In this document: piece after piece, positions 51,308 to 59,276 of the stretch
Layout of the letters: each line of letters begins with the position of its first letter
Numbering within the stretch: the first letter of the stretch is position 1
Assembly: GCA_041650755.1 (NCBI GenBank)
Contig: JBAZKN010000003.1
Coordinates: forward strand, 86,466 to 150,465
DNA from: Patescibacteria group bacterium
Lineage (GTDB): Bacteria > Patescibacteriota > Patescibacteriia > UBA1558 > GWA2-36-10
Reading direction: 5' to 3'
Length of the DNA: 64,000 bases
Notes under the pieces: generated by a model
The model's input: the letters and a program-made list of their open reading frames with translations, nothing else
Database searches by the model: none
What the model was told of the DNA's origin: nothing
Translations under genes and position numbers: made by a program

Positions 51308-51571
51308 ATGACTAATAAAATTTGTCAGCCAGAAAAAATAATTGCCCAACTGCATCGCATTAAGGGCCAAGTCGAAGCCATAGAAAAGATGTATCATGAG
51401 CAGAGGCCAATAGAAGAAATTGTCAGAGTAATGAAAGCGGCTCGCGCTTCTTTGGACTCAGTGGCTAAAAATTTGATTACTGATAAAGTGAACGGCTGCT
51501 ACCGCGGCCCGAATCTAGTAAAGCGCCGCGAGCTTTTGGCCTTGATAGAAACCTTTTTTCACCATACTTAA
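51308..51571 (+). CDS. CsoR/RcnR/FrmR-family (DUF156) metal- or thiol-sensing transcriptional repressor
   Basis: About 88 aa. IIAQLHRIKGQVEAIEKMY matches the family signature (L-RI-GQ-x-I-x-M). Candidate sensing residues are Cys (KICQ...), His and a C-terminal Cys/His (GCYRG, FFHHT). Confidence 0.6.
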   Translation: MTNKICQPEKIIAQLHRIKGQVEAIEKMYHEQRPIEEIVRVMKAARASLDSVAKNLITDKVNGCYRGPNLVKRRELLALIETFFHHT

Positions 51572-51597
51572 AAATAATTATTAATCTAAAAAAACAT

Positions 51598-51924
51598 ATG
51601 GTTATAGAACTAAACGATCAAAATTTCGCCAGTGAGATAAAAAATTTTTCCGGCGTGGCCCTAGTTGATTTTTGGGCGCCCTGGTGCGGACCGTGCAAAA
51701 TGCAGGGGCCGATAATCGATGAGCTGGCCAAGGAACTTAGCCAAGACACCAAGATCAAAGTTGGCAAACTTAATGTTGATGATAACCAACAGACATCTCA
51801 AGAATGGCAGATTATGAGTATCCCGACTTTAAAAATATTCAAAGATGGGAAAGTGGTAGAAGATTTAGTCGGTCTGCAAAATAAAAATTTTTTAATGGAT
51901 AAAATCAAACAACATTTAAAATAA
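51598..51924 (+). CDS. trxA: Thioredoxin
   Basis: 108 aa with the WCGPC active site (FWAPWCGPCKM). Confidence 0.9.
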   Translation: MVIELNDQNFASEIKNFSGVALVDFWAPWCGPCKMQGPIIDELAKELSQDTKIKVGKLNVDDNQQTSQEWQIMSIPTLKIFKDGKVVEDLVGLQNKNFLMDKIKQHLK

Positions 51925-51928
51925 TTTT

Positions 51929-52876
51929 ATGCCTGAACAAAAAATTTATGATGTGGTTATAATTGGAGCTGGCCCCAGTGGTTTGACTGCTGCTATTTAT
52001 ACTGTGCGGCGGGCATATAAAACCCTAGTGATCAGTAAAGATATTGGCGGGCAGATGTCTTTGACGGAAAATATTGAGAATTACCCGGGTTTTAAGCAAA
52101 TTTCTGGCCCGATCCTAGCTCAAAAAATGAAAGAACAGGCTGAAGGATTTGGTGCTGACTTTATTTTTAGTGAGGTAGATAGAATAGAAAAGCTTGATAA
52201 AGAATTCTTGGTGGCTACAGTTGATGGCCAGAAAGTTCAAGCCAGAGCAGTCATTCTGTCTTTTGGCTTGACGCCTAGAAATTTAGACGTGCCGGGTGAA
52301 AAGGAATTGACTGGCAGAGGAGTGGCTTATTGTGCTACTTGCGATGGGCCGCTGTATAAAGACAAGGATCTGGTGGTGGTCGGTGGCGCCAATGCGGCTT
52401 TGGATGCGGCAGAATATTTGAGTAAGCTAGCTAAACAAGTTTATATCTTGGTGCGTAAAGATAAATTTCGCGGAGAGCAAGTTTTAATTGACAGAGTTAT
52501 GCATACTGAAAATATAAAGGTTATTTTTGGCGGTGTTACCAAAAAAATTATTGGTCAGAATAAAGTAGATGGTTTGACATATTTAGACGCTCAGCAGCAG
52601 GAGCAGACCATCAAGGTAGATGGAGTATTTATTGAGATCGGGCATATTGCCAAAACAGACTGGCTGAAACATTTATTAAATCTGAACTCCAATAATGAAG
52701 TGCTGGTGTCTGCCGATAACGAGACTAGTTTACCTGGTATTTTTGCTGCCGGCGACCTCACCCAGATCACTTATAAGCAAGTAGTGATTTCGGCTGGCGA
52801 GGGTGCCAAAGCTGCTTTGCAGGCTTGTAAGTATTTGCAAGGTGGTAAGCTAGTCGGGCCAGACTGGGGTAAATAA
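51929..52876 (+). CDS. trxB: Thioredoxin-disulfide reductase
   Basis: 315 aa with the FAD-binding site VIIGAGPSGLTAA, the redox-active CATC (YCATCDG) and the NADPH site VVVGGANAALDAA. Confidence 0.9.
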   Translation: MPEQKIYDVVIIGAGPSGLTAAIYTVRRAYKTLVISKDIGGQMSLTENIENYPGFKQISGPILAQKMKEQAEGFGADFIFSEVDRIEKLDKEFLVATVDGQKVQARAVILSFGLTPRNLDVPGEKELTGRGVAYCATCDGPLYKDKDLVVVGGANAALDAAEYLSKLAKQVYILVRKDKFRGEQVLIDRVMHTENIKVIFGGVTKKIIGQNKVDGLTYLDAQQQEQTIKVDGVFIEIGHIAKTDWLKHLLNLNSNNEVLVSADNETSLPGIFAAGDLTQITYKQVVISAGEGAKAALQACKYLQGGKLVGPDWGK

Positions 52877-52892
52877 TGAAAGGGTAAAAAGT

Positions 52893-54122
52893 ATGAATGC
52901 TTTTGATAATGCTCGGCGGCAGCTCGAAAAGGCCAGCCAAATTATAAAATTAGCTCCGGCAGTACTCAAAAAATTGAGCGTGCCAGACAGGACGGTTGTG
53001 GCCAATTTGTCAGTCAAGATGGATAATGGCGAGTGGCAAATCTTTGAAGGTTACCGTGTCCAATATAATAATGCTCGAGGCCCATACAAGGGTGGCATAC
53101 GCTTTCACCCTCAAGTCAATCTAGACGAGGTGAAGGCTCTAGCCTTTTGGATGGCTATAAAGTGCGCGGTGGTTGATATACCGATGGGCGGTGGCAAAGG
53201 TGGGGTAGTAGTTGACCCTAAGAGTTTATCCAAAAATGAATTGGAAAGACTGTCTCGAGCCTGGGTCAGTGCCTTTGCCGACGTGATCGGCCCGCACAAA
53301 GATATACCAGCACCAGATGTCTATACCAACGCACAAGTTATGGCTTGGATGGCCGACGAATATTCAAAATTGATAGGTAAACAAGCCTGGGGCGTGGTGA
53401 CCGGAAAGCCCCTGGATATGGGGGGCTCTTTAGGCAGAGACAAGGCCACTGCTCAAGGCGGATTTTATGTTTTGGATGAGGCAGTCAAGACCCTTGGGCT
53501 AGACCCACGGCGTCTGTCAGTAGCCATTCAGGGGCTTGGTAATGCCGGCGGCGTAATGGCTAGGCTTTTAGCATCAGCCGGGTACAAAATTATAGCCCTA
53601 GCCGACTCTAAAGCAATTGTTTATGACGAGCAGGGCCTAGACGTAGAGGATGTCGGTAAATACAAGGAGCAATACGGACACCTGCTTGGTCATCCAAAAG
53701 TAAAGAATATTCAGCAGGCAGAATTATTTACCTTACCGGTAGATATCATTGTGCCGGCTGCTTTGGAAAATCAGATCAGCCGAGAACTTGCCAAAAAAAT
53801 GCAAGCTAAAATTTTATTAGAATTGGCTAATGGGCCTACTCTACCGGCTGCCGATGAGGTTCTGTTTGCTAAAAATATTTTAGTAATTCCTGATGTTTTG
53901 GCTAATGCTGGCGGTGTGACTGTATCCTATTTTGAGTGGCTACAAAATCTGGAAAATAATTATTGGACCGCAGACGAGGTGGCCAAGCAGCTAAAAGATA
54001 GGATGGTGACTGCTTGGGAGGCGGTATATCGCACTGCGCAACAATATAAAATTGATTTACGTACGGCAGCCTTTATTAGTGCTATAAATAAGATCGCGGC
54101 TGCTATGCGAATAAGCCAATAA
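52893..54122 (+). CDS. gdhA: Glutamate dehydrogenase (Glu/Leu/Phe/Val dehydrogenase family)
   Basis: 409 aa with the catalytic K-containing motif DIPMGGGKGG and the Rossmann site IQGLGNAGG. Confidence 0.85.
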   Translation: MNAFDNARRQLEKASQIIKLAPAVLKKLSVPDRTVVANLSVKMDNGEWQIFEGYRVQYNNARGPYKGGIRFHPQVNLDEVKALAFWMAIKCAVVDIPMGGGKGGVVVDPKSLSKNELERLSRAWVSAFADVIGPHKDIPAPDVYTNAQVMAWMADEYSKLIGKQAWGVVTGKPLDMGGSLGRDKATAQGGFYVLDEAVKTLGLDPRRLSVAIQGLGNAGGVMARLLASAGYKIIALADSKAIVYDEQGLDVEDVGKYKEQYGHLLGHPKVKNIQQAELFTLPVDIIVPAALENQISRELAKKMQAKILLELANGPTLPAADEVLFAKNILVIPDVLANAGGVTVSYFEWLQNLENNYWTADEVAKQLKDRMVTAWEAVYRTAQQYKIDLRTAAFISAINKIAAAMRISQ

Positions 54123-54129
54123 AAAGCCT

Positions 54130-54717
54130 ATGGGCAAAATTATTGTTGGTTTAGATGAGGCCGGCAGAGGACCGGTGGCTGGGCCAATAGTTGGCGCGGC
54201 AGTTTTGACTGATGGCAGTAGGCTTCATAAAAAAATTCTAGCCAAGGTCAAGGACTCAAAAGTTTTGACCGCCAAACAGCGCCAACACCTTTTTATTTTG
54301 ATTACCGAAAATTTTCCCTGGGCAGTCCATGCTATAGATAATAAATTTATTGATCGTTATGGTATCCAGGCATCTAATGTTTTGGTTTTGGAAAAATCCT
54401 GTCAACAGCTCTTATCTTTATGCAGCAGCGAATATCTATTGGTGTCAGACTATGTGGGCGGCGCTAAAAAATATTTGACCACAGAACAGGTAATTAGTTT
54501 TTATAAACACGGGGAAAATAAATTTAAAATTATTGCGGCCGCCTCTATCGTTGCCAAAGTTTATAGGGATAATCTGTTGATTAATCTGCATCAAAAGTAT
54601 CCGGATTATAATTTTATCCAGCACAAGGGCTATGGGACAAAACAGCATTTGTCGGCTATAAAAAAATATGGCCCAAGCCCAATACATCGCCGGAGCTTTT
54701 TAAAGAATTATTTATAA
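54130..54717 (+). CDS. rnhB: Ribonuclease HII
   Basis: 195 aa with the N-terminal GLDEAGRGPVAGP catalytic motif. Confidence 0.85.
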   Translation: MGKIIVGLDEAGRGPVAGPIVGAAVLTDGSRLHKKILAKVKDSKVLTAKQRQHLFILITENFPWAVHAIDNKFIDRYGIQASNVLVLEKSCQQLLSLCSSEYLLVSDYVGGAKKYLTTEQVISFYKHGENKFKIIAAASIVAKVYRDNLLINLHQKYPDYNFIQHKGYGTKQHLSAIKKYGPSPIHRRSFLKNYL

Positions 54718-54747
54718 TAAAAATCCACCCCACTGGTAGCAGGGTGG
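54711..54747 (-). terminator. Intrinsic terminator of the islet 4 gene
   Basis: On the minus strand: ccaccctgctaccagtggggtgg hairpin followed by ATTTTTATT. Confidence 0.55.
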
Positions 54748-54771
54748 TTGTGCGCCCAAGGGGCTAAAAGG

Positions 54772-55011
54772 CTACTGGCGCAGGATCATTTCGGTGGTAG
54801 AGAACTTCTGCGGATCGGTGAACACGACGCTGCAGGTGGTGCAATGGTAGCGTCGGTTTTTGGGGTCGTCGTGGGGGTTGGCCACAGTGAAAGCGTGGCC
54901 ACGGCAGACACGGCAGGTGAACCAGCCCTCGATACCAAGAGGCATGTGCTGAGCGTCGGGGAGAACAGCCACCCCTCTCCCAGCAATGGATGCTACGACT
55001 CCGCTCGGCAT
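54772..55011 (-). CDS. GC-rich islet 4: small zinc-ribbon-like protein of unknown function (79 aa)
   Basis: RBS GAGAAGGAGAG upstream. Two Cys pairs (CRVCRGH ... HCTTCS). High-GC codon usage. Confidence 0.45.
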   Translation of the reverse strand: MPSGVVASIAGRGVAVLPDAQHMPLGIEGWFTCRVCRGHAFTVANPHDDPKNRRYHCTTCSVVFTDPQKFSTTEMILRQ

Positions 55012-55076
55012 TAGTCTCTCCTTCTCGTTCCTACTTGTTGGTAGCTATAGCAAAGGTGCATTTAGTGAACAGACTA

Positions 55077-55104
55077 ATTTTACAGGCTGATTTATATATG
55101 TCAA
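55077..55104 (-). promoter_or_regulatory. Promoter (TTGACA-16-TAAAAT) on the minus strand upstream of the islet 4 gene
   Basis: On the minus strand, TTGACA is at 55104-55099 and TAAAAT at 55082-55077. Confidence 0.4.
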
Positions 55105-55142
55105 CCAAAGGTCCAGCAAGTGGGCTTATTTATTTTTATGCT

Positions 55143-55171
55143 CTTGACAGCTAAATATTTTTTGCTAAGAT
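55143..55171 (+). promoter_or_regulatory. Promoter-like TTGACA-16-TAAGAT with a ~380-nt non-coding leader upstream of ssb
   Basis: cTTGACAgctaaatattttttgcTAAGATagag. No convincing ORF lies between here and the ssb start at 55551. Confidence 0.35.
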
Positions 55172-55550
55172 AGAGAAGCAAATCTAAGACGGCTATTTTT
55201 ATAGAGACGGCTTAGTTGAAGAAAAAGAAAAGCGATGTTTATCTTAAATTATAAATTAAGACTCCGACAAATCGGCGATATTTACTTAACGCACAATTTT
55301 TGCGATTATTTGTTTTATATAAAAAGCAAGAACCCCGCTTGCGCAGGGCTCTTACCAAGAAAAGCGATTTTGAGGGTGACTATTTCCTTGCGGAAATGGT
55401 TAGCCTCATTGCATATATTAGAATAAATAATCAATTTTGTCAACTCGTGCCCAGACTATAGCCGGGCAAAAGTCGGCGTGAAAAAAGACAGGCACTTTAA
55501 TAATCTAATTCTGTCTTATTATTTTTGGCAGAAAGGGAAAGGAAAGCGAT

Positions 55551-55961
55551 ATGGATTTAAACAAAGTTAATTTGATTGGCAACCTGACCGGCGATCCAGT
55601 CAGTAAAAATTTGCCCTCCGGGCAGAGCGTGGCCCAATTTAATTTGGCTACCAACTACAATTGGCGCGATGTGCGCACCAAGGAAAAGAAAAGCCGGGCT
55701 GATTTTCATCGCGTCGTTGCCTGGGGGCATCTGGCGGAGATTATTACCACTTATTTGAAAAAAGGCTCGAAGATTTTTATCGAAGGGCGCCTGCAAAACC
55801 GTTCTTGGGAGGACAAAAATAAAAATAAAAAGTATATTACCGAGGTGGTGGCTTCAGATTTGATTATGTTGGGCGGCAGCCATAAAAAAGAAGTTAAGGG
55901 CGATGAAACAGCCAAAGAAGAAATTGACGTGGAAGAAATTCAAATTGAAGAAGATAACTAA
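55551..55961 (+). CDS. ssb: Single-stranded DNA-binding protein
   Basis: 136 aa with the OB-fold N-terminus MDLNKVNLIGNLTGDPVSKNLPSGQSVAQFNLATN and an acidic C-terminal tail. Confidence 0.85.
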   Translation: MDLNKVNLIGNLTGDPVSKNLPSGQSVAQFNLATNYNWRDVRTKEKKSRADFHRVVAWGHLAEIITTYLKKGSKIFIEGRLQNRSWEDKNKNKKYITEVVASDLIMLGGSHKKEVKGDETAKEEIDVEEIQIEEDN

Positions 55962-56048
55962 TTTATCATATTCCGGATAAGATAATTATTATCTTGGGCC
56001 AAGGCTTGGAGTTTGCCTGTGTCTTCAAGTCTTGCCTAAGCTAATAAT

Positions 56049-58553
56049 ATGAAAAGAAAAGCGATTTTATTTTTGAGTTTTTGTCTGCTAAGTAATTTTT
56101 ATTTGGCGAAAACGAGTCTGGCAGCGCCTAATGATCTGGTGGTTTCCGAAATTATGTATGACGACCAAGGGTCAGATAGCGGGAAAGAGTGGGTAGAAGT
56201 TTATAATGCTGGCAATGAAACAGTAGAAATACTGGCCGGCTCTGGTCGGCAAGCCTGGCGTTTTTATGATGGCTCCAATCATACTATTGATTTGATTCAA
56301 GGCACCAGCACAATTGCTAGCCAGGAGTTTTTTATTTTAGCTAGCGACGCTGATCAGTTTTTATCTGATCACCCGGGTTTTTCCGGCACAGTTTTTGATA
56401 CGGTGATGAGTCTATCTAATTCTAGTAGTACTGTGGCCTTGAGCTTTGATGGTGGGTCCAGCCAGACTATTTTGGCTAGCTATGATGCTGCTTGGGGAGC
56501 TGGTGGAGACGGGTATACCTTAGAAAAAAAATCTCTTATCCAAGACAGCAGCCAGAGCAATTGGCAAATAAGTTCTGCGATTGGTGGTACGCCCGGGCTA
56601 GCCAATAGCCAGGGCAGTGTCCTGCCACCAGAGCAAGATCCGTCGCCAGAGCCGGGGCCAGAGCCAGAACCCGTAGATAGCCAGCCCAGTGGGCAAAACA
56701 TTGTTAACCATAGTGAATGGTGGCAGATTAGGATCTCGGAATTTATGCCAAATCCAAAAGGAGCAGATGATGCCGAGTGGATCGAGCTATACAATAGCGG
56801 TCCAAGCACCGTGAGTTTAGCCGGATTTAAGTTGCAGGATAATTCGGCCAGAGTATTTACTTTAGAAGAGGACGGTGGTTTAAATTTAAATTTATCCCCC
56901 GGGACATATTTAGTTTTATATAAACAAATTACGGGCATTAGTTTAAATAATAGTGGCGGAGACAGCGTCAAACTCTATGATCCAGACAGTGTTTTGTTGG
57001 ATAACGCCAGTTATCAAGACAATGCATCAGAGAATAAGAGCTATGCTCGCGCAGCGGATAATTTTTCTTGGACCAGTACACCGACCCCTGGTTTAGTCAA
57101 TCAATTTGTTGCCAACCAAGCGCCGCAAGCAGTGATAAAAATCAAGTCTAGAGAATTGTTGGCCGGGCAAAGCATTGTCTTATCGGCTGAAGATTCCAAT
57201 GATCCGGAAGAAGGACCACTGAAATATATTTGGGATTTTGGTGATGATTCGACTGGCGATGAAAAAACAGAGAACCACGCTTATCAAGCCGGCGGCGACT
57301 ATTTGCTTAGGCTAAAAGTTGTTGACCCAGAAGGCTTGATGACCGAAACTACCAATATACTCAATGTGCAGGATGTACAGCCGGATATTAGATTGCAGGA
57401 AATTCAACCGATAGATTTTACGCCCAGTGATTTTATTATTTCCGAGTTTTTGCCCGATCCAGTTGGTAGCGATGATCTTGAGTGGGTTGAATTATATAAT
57501 CTGTCCAATAAAGATATCAATCTAACCGGTTGGCAGCTGGATGATGTAGAGGGTAGCAGCCGGCCATATGTATTTAATGCTAGTAGCACCATTGCTGCCG
57601 GGCAGTTTTTGGTGGTTGATAGACAGACAAGCCGCTTGAGCCTCAATAATCAAGGAGATGAAGTCAGGCTGCTCACCCCCTTAGCACAAGTTTGGCAGAC
57701 AGTGCCCTATGAAAAAGTTTCTGAAGGCGAGTCACAAGCCTGGGACCCAATAAATCAAGAATGGTTTATATCAAAACAGCCAAGCCCGGGCGCGGTTAAT
57801 ATTAATCAAGGAGACGAATTTCTGTCAGCCAGTTTAAGTATTGCCGAGATGCATGATAAACAAATCGTAAATTTTACGGGCATGGCTCTAGGCCCAAGCA
57901 ATACCAGCACTGCCAGCTTGTTTTTGGCTGAAATGTCTGACAGCCAGCCAGATTATACTAAAATAGTAGAAATTTATTATACTAAGAAAAACTGGCCACT
58001 CATTGATATCGGCGATCTAGTTTCTACTAGTGGTGCTATCAGTAAAAGTGCTGATATTTTTAAAATAAAATTAAAGCAAGCGGAAGATTTGTCAATTATA
58101 GGTAATGTGAGCGATTTCCCCAAACCAGAGACAATAGGGGCGGGTGATTTGTCAGACGAATACCTTAATCAATATTTAACAGTCCACGGCTTGGTTGTCA
58201 AAAAGGTGGGCAAGAATATTTATTTGGCTGCTGACCAAGAAGATGAGCCCACCTTTCGTTTGGCTACCAATTTTTCTACTAAAGATTTATCAATCAAGGT
58301 TGGTACCGAGGTCATTGCCAGCGGCGTCTTAAGTAAAAAAGATGATAAACTAAAATTATTGGTTTTGGATAAGAGAGATCTGGCCCTCTCACAGGAGGTG
58401 CTGGGCGAAAAAGAGCTTAGCACTTCTAGCCTAGATTTGTTGGCAGATTCAGACGATAGCAGATCAATTAAAAATATATTGTTTTTTATTGGTGGGGGTA
58501 TTTTACTGGCTAGCTTAATTTTTTGGTTAAAATATAAGATGGGGAGACCATAG
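56049..58553 (+). CDS. Cell-surface protein with three lamin-tail domains (LTD), a PKD domain and a C-terminal TM anchor
   Basis: 834 aa with a signal peptide. Three LTD-like repeats: LVVSEIMYDDQGSDSGKEWVEVYN, IRISEFMPNPKGADDAEWIELYN, FIISEFLPDPVGSDDLEWVELYN. A PKD-like segment (KYIWDFGDDSTGDEKTENHAYQAGGDYLLRLKVVD). A C-terminal hydrophobic anchor (ILFFIGGGILLASLIFWL). Confidence 0.65.
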   Translation: MKRKAILFLSFCLLSNFYLAKTSLAAPNDLVVSEIMYDDQGSDSGKEWVEVYNAGNETVEILAGSGRQAWRFYDGSNHTIDLIQGTSTIASQEFFILASDADQFLSDHPGFSGTVFDTVMSLSNSSSTVALSFDGGSSQTILASYDAAWGAGGDGYTLEKKSLIQDSSQSNWQISSAIGGTPGLANSQGSVLPPEQDPSPEPGPEPEPVDSQPSGQNIVNHSEWWQIRISEFMPNPKGADDAEWIELYNSGPSTVSLAGFKLQDNSARVFTLEEDGGLNLNLSPGTYLVLYKQITGISLNNSGGDSVKLYDPDSVLLDNASYQDNASENKSYARAADNFSWTSTPTPGLVNQFVANQAPQAVIKIKSRELLAGQSIVLSAEDSNDPEEGPLKYIWDFGDDSTGDEKTENHAYQAGGDYLLRLKVVDPEGLMTETTNILNVQDVQPDIRLQEIQPIDFTPSDFIISEFLPDPVGSDDLEWVELYNLSNKDINLTGWQLDDVEGSSRPYVFNASSTIAAGQFLVVDRQTSRLSLNNQGDEVRLLTPLAQVWQTVPYEKVSEGESQAWDPINQEWFISKQPSPGAVNINQGDEFLSASLSIAEMHDKQIVNFTGMALGPSNTSTASLFLAEMSDSQPDYTKIVEIYYTKKNWPLIDIGDLVSTSGAISKSADIFKIKLKQAEDLSIIGNVSDFPKPETIGAGDLSDEYLNQYLTVHGLVVKKVGKNIYLAADQEDEPTFRLATNFSTKDLSIKVGTEVIASGVLSKKDDKLKLLVLDKRDLALSQEVLGEKELSTSSLDLLADSDDSRSIKNILFFIGGGILLASLIFWLKYKMGRP

Positions 58554-58655
58554 GGCTGATTGACTTTATTTGTATTATATTATATAAACAATACTTGTCT
58601 GTTCGTTTGACCAGGGTTTAGGATCTTGGCTAAAAGCCAGAATGAGAGGTGCGTC

Positions 58656-59084
58656 ATGACCAAAAAGCGTGGTTTGGCTTGGGTGCTGATTGCGACCGTG
58701 CTGCTCTGCTGTCTACTTTTGCTTATCCCACTGGTGCAGCGTGGCATACGCGTTTTGCAGGAACAGGACCAGCAGAGCCGCGAGCAGTGCATGATCTCTT
58801 ACGCCGAAATGATTGACAATTACCTACAACGCACCCATCAGAATGGTCAGGACCATACCTTTGGCCTGTTGGTTCTTAACCAGCAGTTAGAGGGGTACGC
58901 TAGCCCTTATTCTACAGACTTGGGGCCCATGCGAGTGGTTAGCTGCAACGAGTTCGGTGAGCCCTTGCAGCCAGTTGATCGGCGCTGTCACCTTATCGGG
59001 TACTATACCAGTGTTGACGGCAAGGTTTACAAGCTGTTTGTCTGGGATACCGCGGGTCGGCTTATCTGGGTGCGGCGTAATTAA
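58656..59084 (+). CDS. GC-rich islet 5: N-terminally anchored protein of unknown function (142 aa)
   Basis: RBS GAGAGGTG lies 5 nt before the ATG. An N-terminal TM/signal helix (LAWVLIATVLLCCLLLLIPLV) precedes a soluble domain. High-GC codon usage. Confidence 0.5.
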   Translation: MTKKRGLAWVLIATVLLCCLLLLIPLVQRGIRVLQEQDQQSREQCMISYAEMIDNYLQRTHQNGQDHTFGLLVLNQQLEGYASPYSTDLGPMRVVSCNEFGEPLQPVDRRCHLIGYYTSVDGKVYKLFVWDTAGRLIWVRRN

Positions 59085-59108
59085 GTCGAACACTCATCTT
59101 ACTCTTTG

Positions 59109-59138
59109 CCGTCGCGTCCTTAGCGGCGGTTTTTCTTT
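59109..59138 (+). terminator. Terminator of the islet 5 gene
   Basis: ccgtcgc gtcctta gcggcgg stem (one G-U pair) followed by TTTTTCTTT. Confidence 0.5.
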
Positions 59139-59181
59139 GACATTTTTGTTATTTTTTAGTATAAATATAGCATTATTATCT

Positions 59182-59266
59182 GCCGGAGTGGTGAAATTGG
59201 TAGACACGCATGGCTTAGGACCATGTGCCGCAAGGCTTGGGGGTTCAAGTCCCTTCTCCGGCACCA
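59182..59266 (+). tRNA. tRNA-Leu (anticodon TAG)
   Basis: Acceptor GCCGGAG/CTCCGGC, anticodon stem-loop CATGG-CTTAGGA-CCATG, long variable arm, T-arm GGGGG-TTCAAGT-CCCTT and encoded CCA. Confidence 0.8.
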
Positions 59267-59276
59267 TAAAGTTTTC

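Noticed and set aside
55235-55426. 63-aa ORF in the ssb upstream leader
   Set aside because: It has no RBS and an AT-rich low-complexity translation. The region reads better as non-coding leader.
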